A DNA stretch of 64,000 nucleotides from an uncultured Planctomycetaceae bacterium. GTDB lineage: Bacteria; Planctomycetota; Planctomycetia; Planctomycetales; Planctomycetaceae. Numbering within the stretch: the first letter of the stretch is position 1; each line of letters opens with the position of its first letter. The DNA is taken from the NCBI GenBank assembly GCA_963815195.1, contig CAWFGE010000020.1:384001-448000 (forward strand), given 5' to 3'. A program made the translations under genes and the position numbers. The notes under the pieces were generated by a model that saw nothing but the letters and a program-made list of their open reading frames with translations, was not told the DNA's origin and ran no database searches. This document shows, piece after piece, positions 63,604-64,000 of this stretch.

Positions 63604-64000
63604 CTATTTCTGCGGGGCGGCGCGTTTGCCGACGCAGTAGAGCATCTTCGTCGAGCGGATCAGGAGTTGGCCGTCGTCGGGGGTGATGGACGAGCGGAAG
63701 ATTTCTTCATTGCCGGGGTTCACCGTGCTGCGAGCCACAATATCCAGCTTCGTGCCCGGTTTGACGGCTACGGTTTCGCCGTCTTCGCTAATGAAAAACG
63801 CGAGCCCTTTGTACGCGATCGGGGCGGCGGAAAACTGCCCGCCCATCCGGCCTTTCCAGAGTTCCTTGCCGGTGTCCGAATCGTACCCGGTGATCACGCC
63901 CTGCATGTTCACGACCAGCATCTGGCCGTCCTGGATGATCGGCGAAGGCAAATCCCGCCCGCCCCCGCGCTTGGTGAACCACACGCGATTGGTCTCGGAG
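63604..64000 (-). CDS. PQQ-binding-like beta-propeller protein (5' partial)
   Basis: PSPIIQDG, DSDTGKELWKGR, FSAAPIAY and LLIRSTKMLYCVG; runs off the window end. Confidence 0.8.
   Translation of the reverse strand, partial: SETNRVWFTKRGGGRDLPSPIIQDGQMLVVNMQGVITGYDSDTGKELWKGRMGGQFSAAPIAYKGLAFFISEDGETVAVKPGTKLDIVARSTVNPGNEEIFRSSITPDDGQLLIRSTKMLYCVGKRAAPQK

Overview
GC-rich bacterial chromosomal segment that looks like a Planctomycetota (Planctomycetales-like) genome. The basis is a DUF1559 prepilin-like gene, a TIGR03067 domain, DUF1573/DUF1080 proteins, a BlaI/M56 pair and a reduced dcw cluster. Content is mostly housekeeping: leuS, lysC, cydAB, dksA-like, msrA, metG, rnd, efp, hemL, purB, rsmH and ftsI. 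Eight genes are split by small indels, including normally essential purB and hemL, which points to uncorrected long-read errors rather than pseudogenes. The main observations are: (1) a dcw remnant rsmH - membrane-anchored double-LysM protein - ftsL-like - ftsI, in which the LysM protein has an FtsN-like architecture; (2) a dense, nested set of small mobile elements: several REP/REPIN families, a TAA-duplicating MITE carrying a REP doublet, and a 468-bp TIR element inserted into a REP and carrying a REP-flanked IS200-type transposase stub; (3) a REP inserted in frame inside the LysM gene; (4) a ~165-bp structured element in three copies around one oxidoreductase gene; (5) an isolated tRNA-Leu 3' fragment at 1569-1605, probably an island attachment site; (6) an AT-rich module inside leuS; (7) a candidate rod-shaped ncRNA at ~39.2 kb. 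No CRISPR array, rRNA or intact tRNA was found. All family assignments come from motif recognition by eye, with no database searches.
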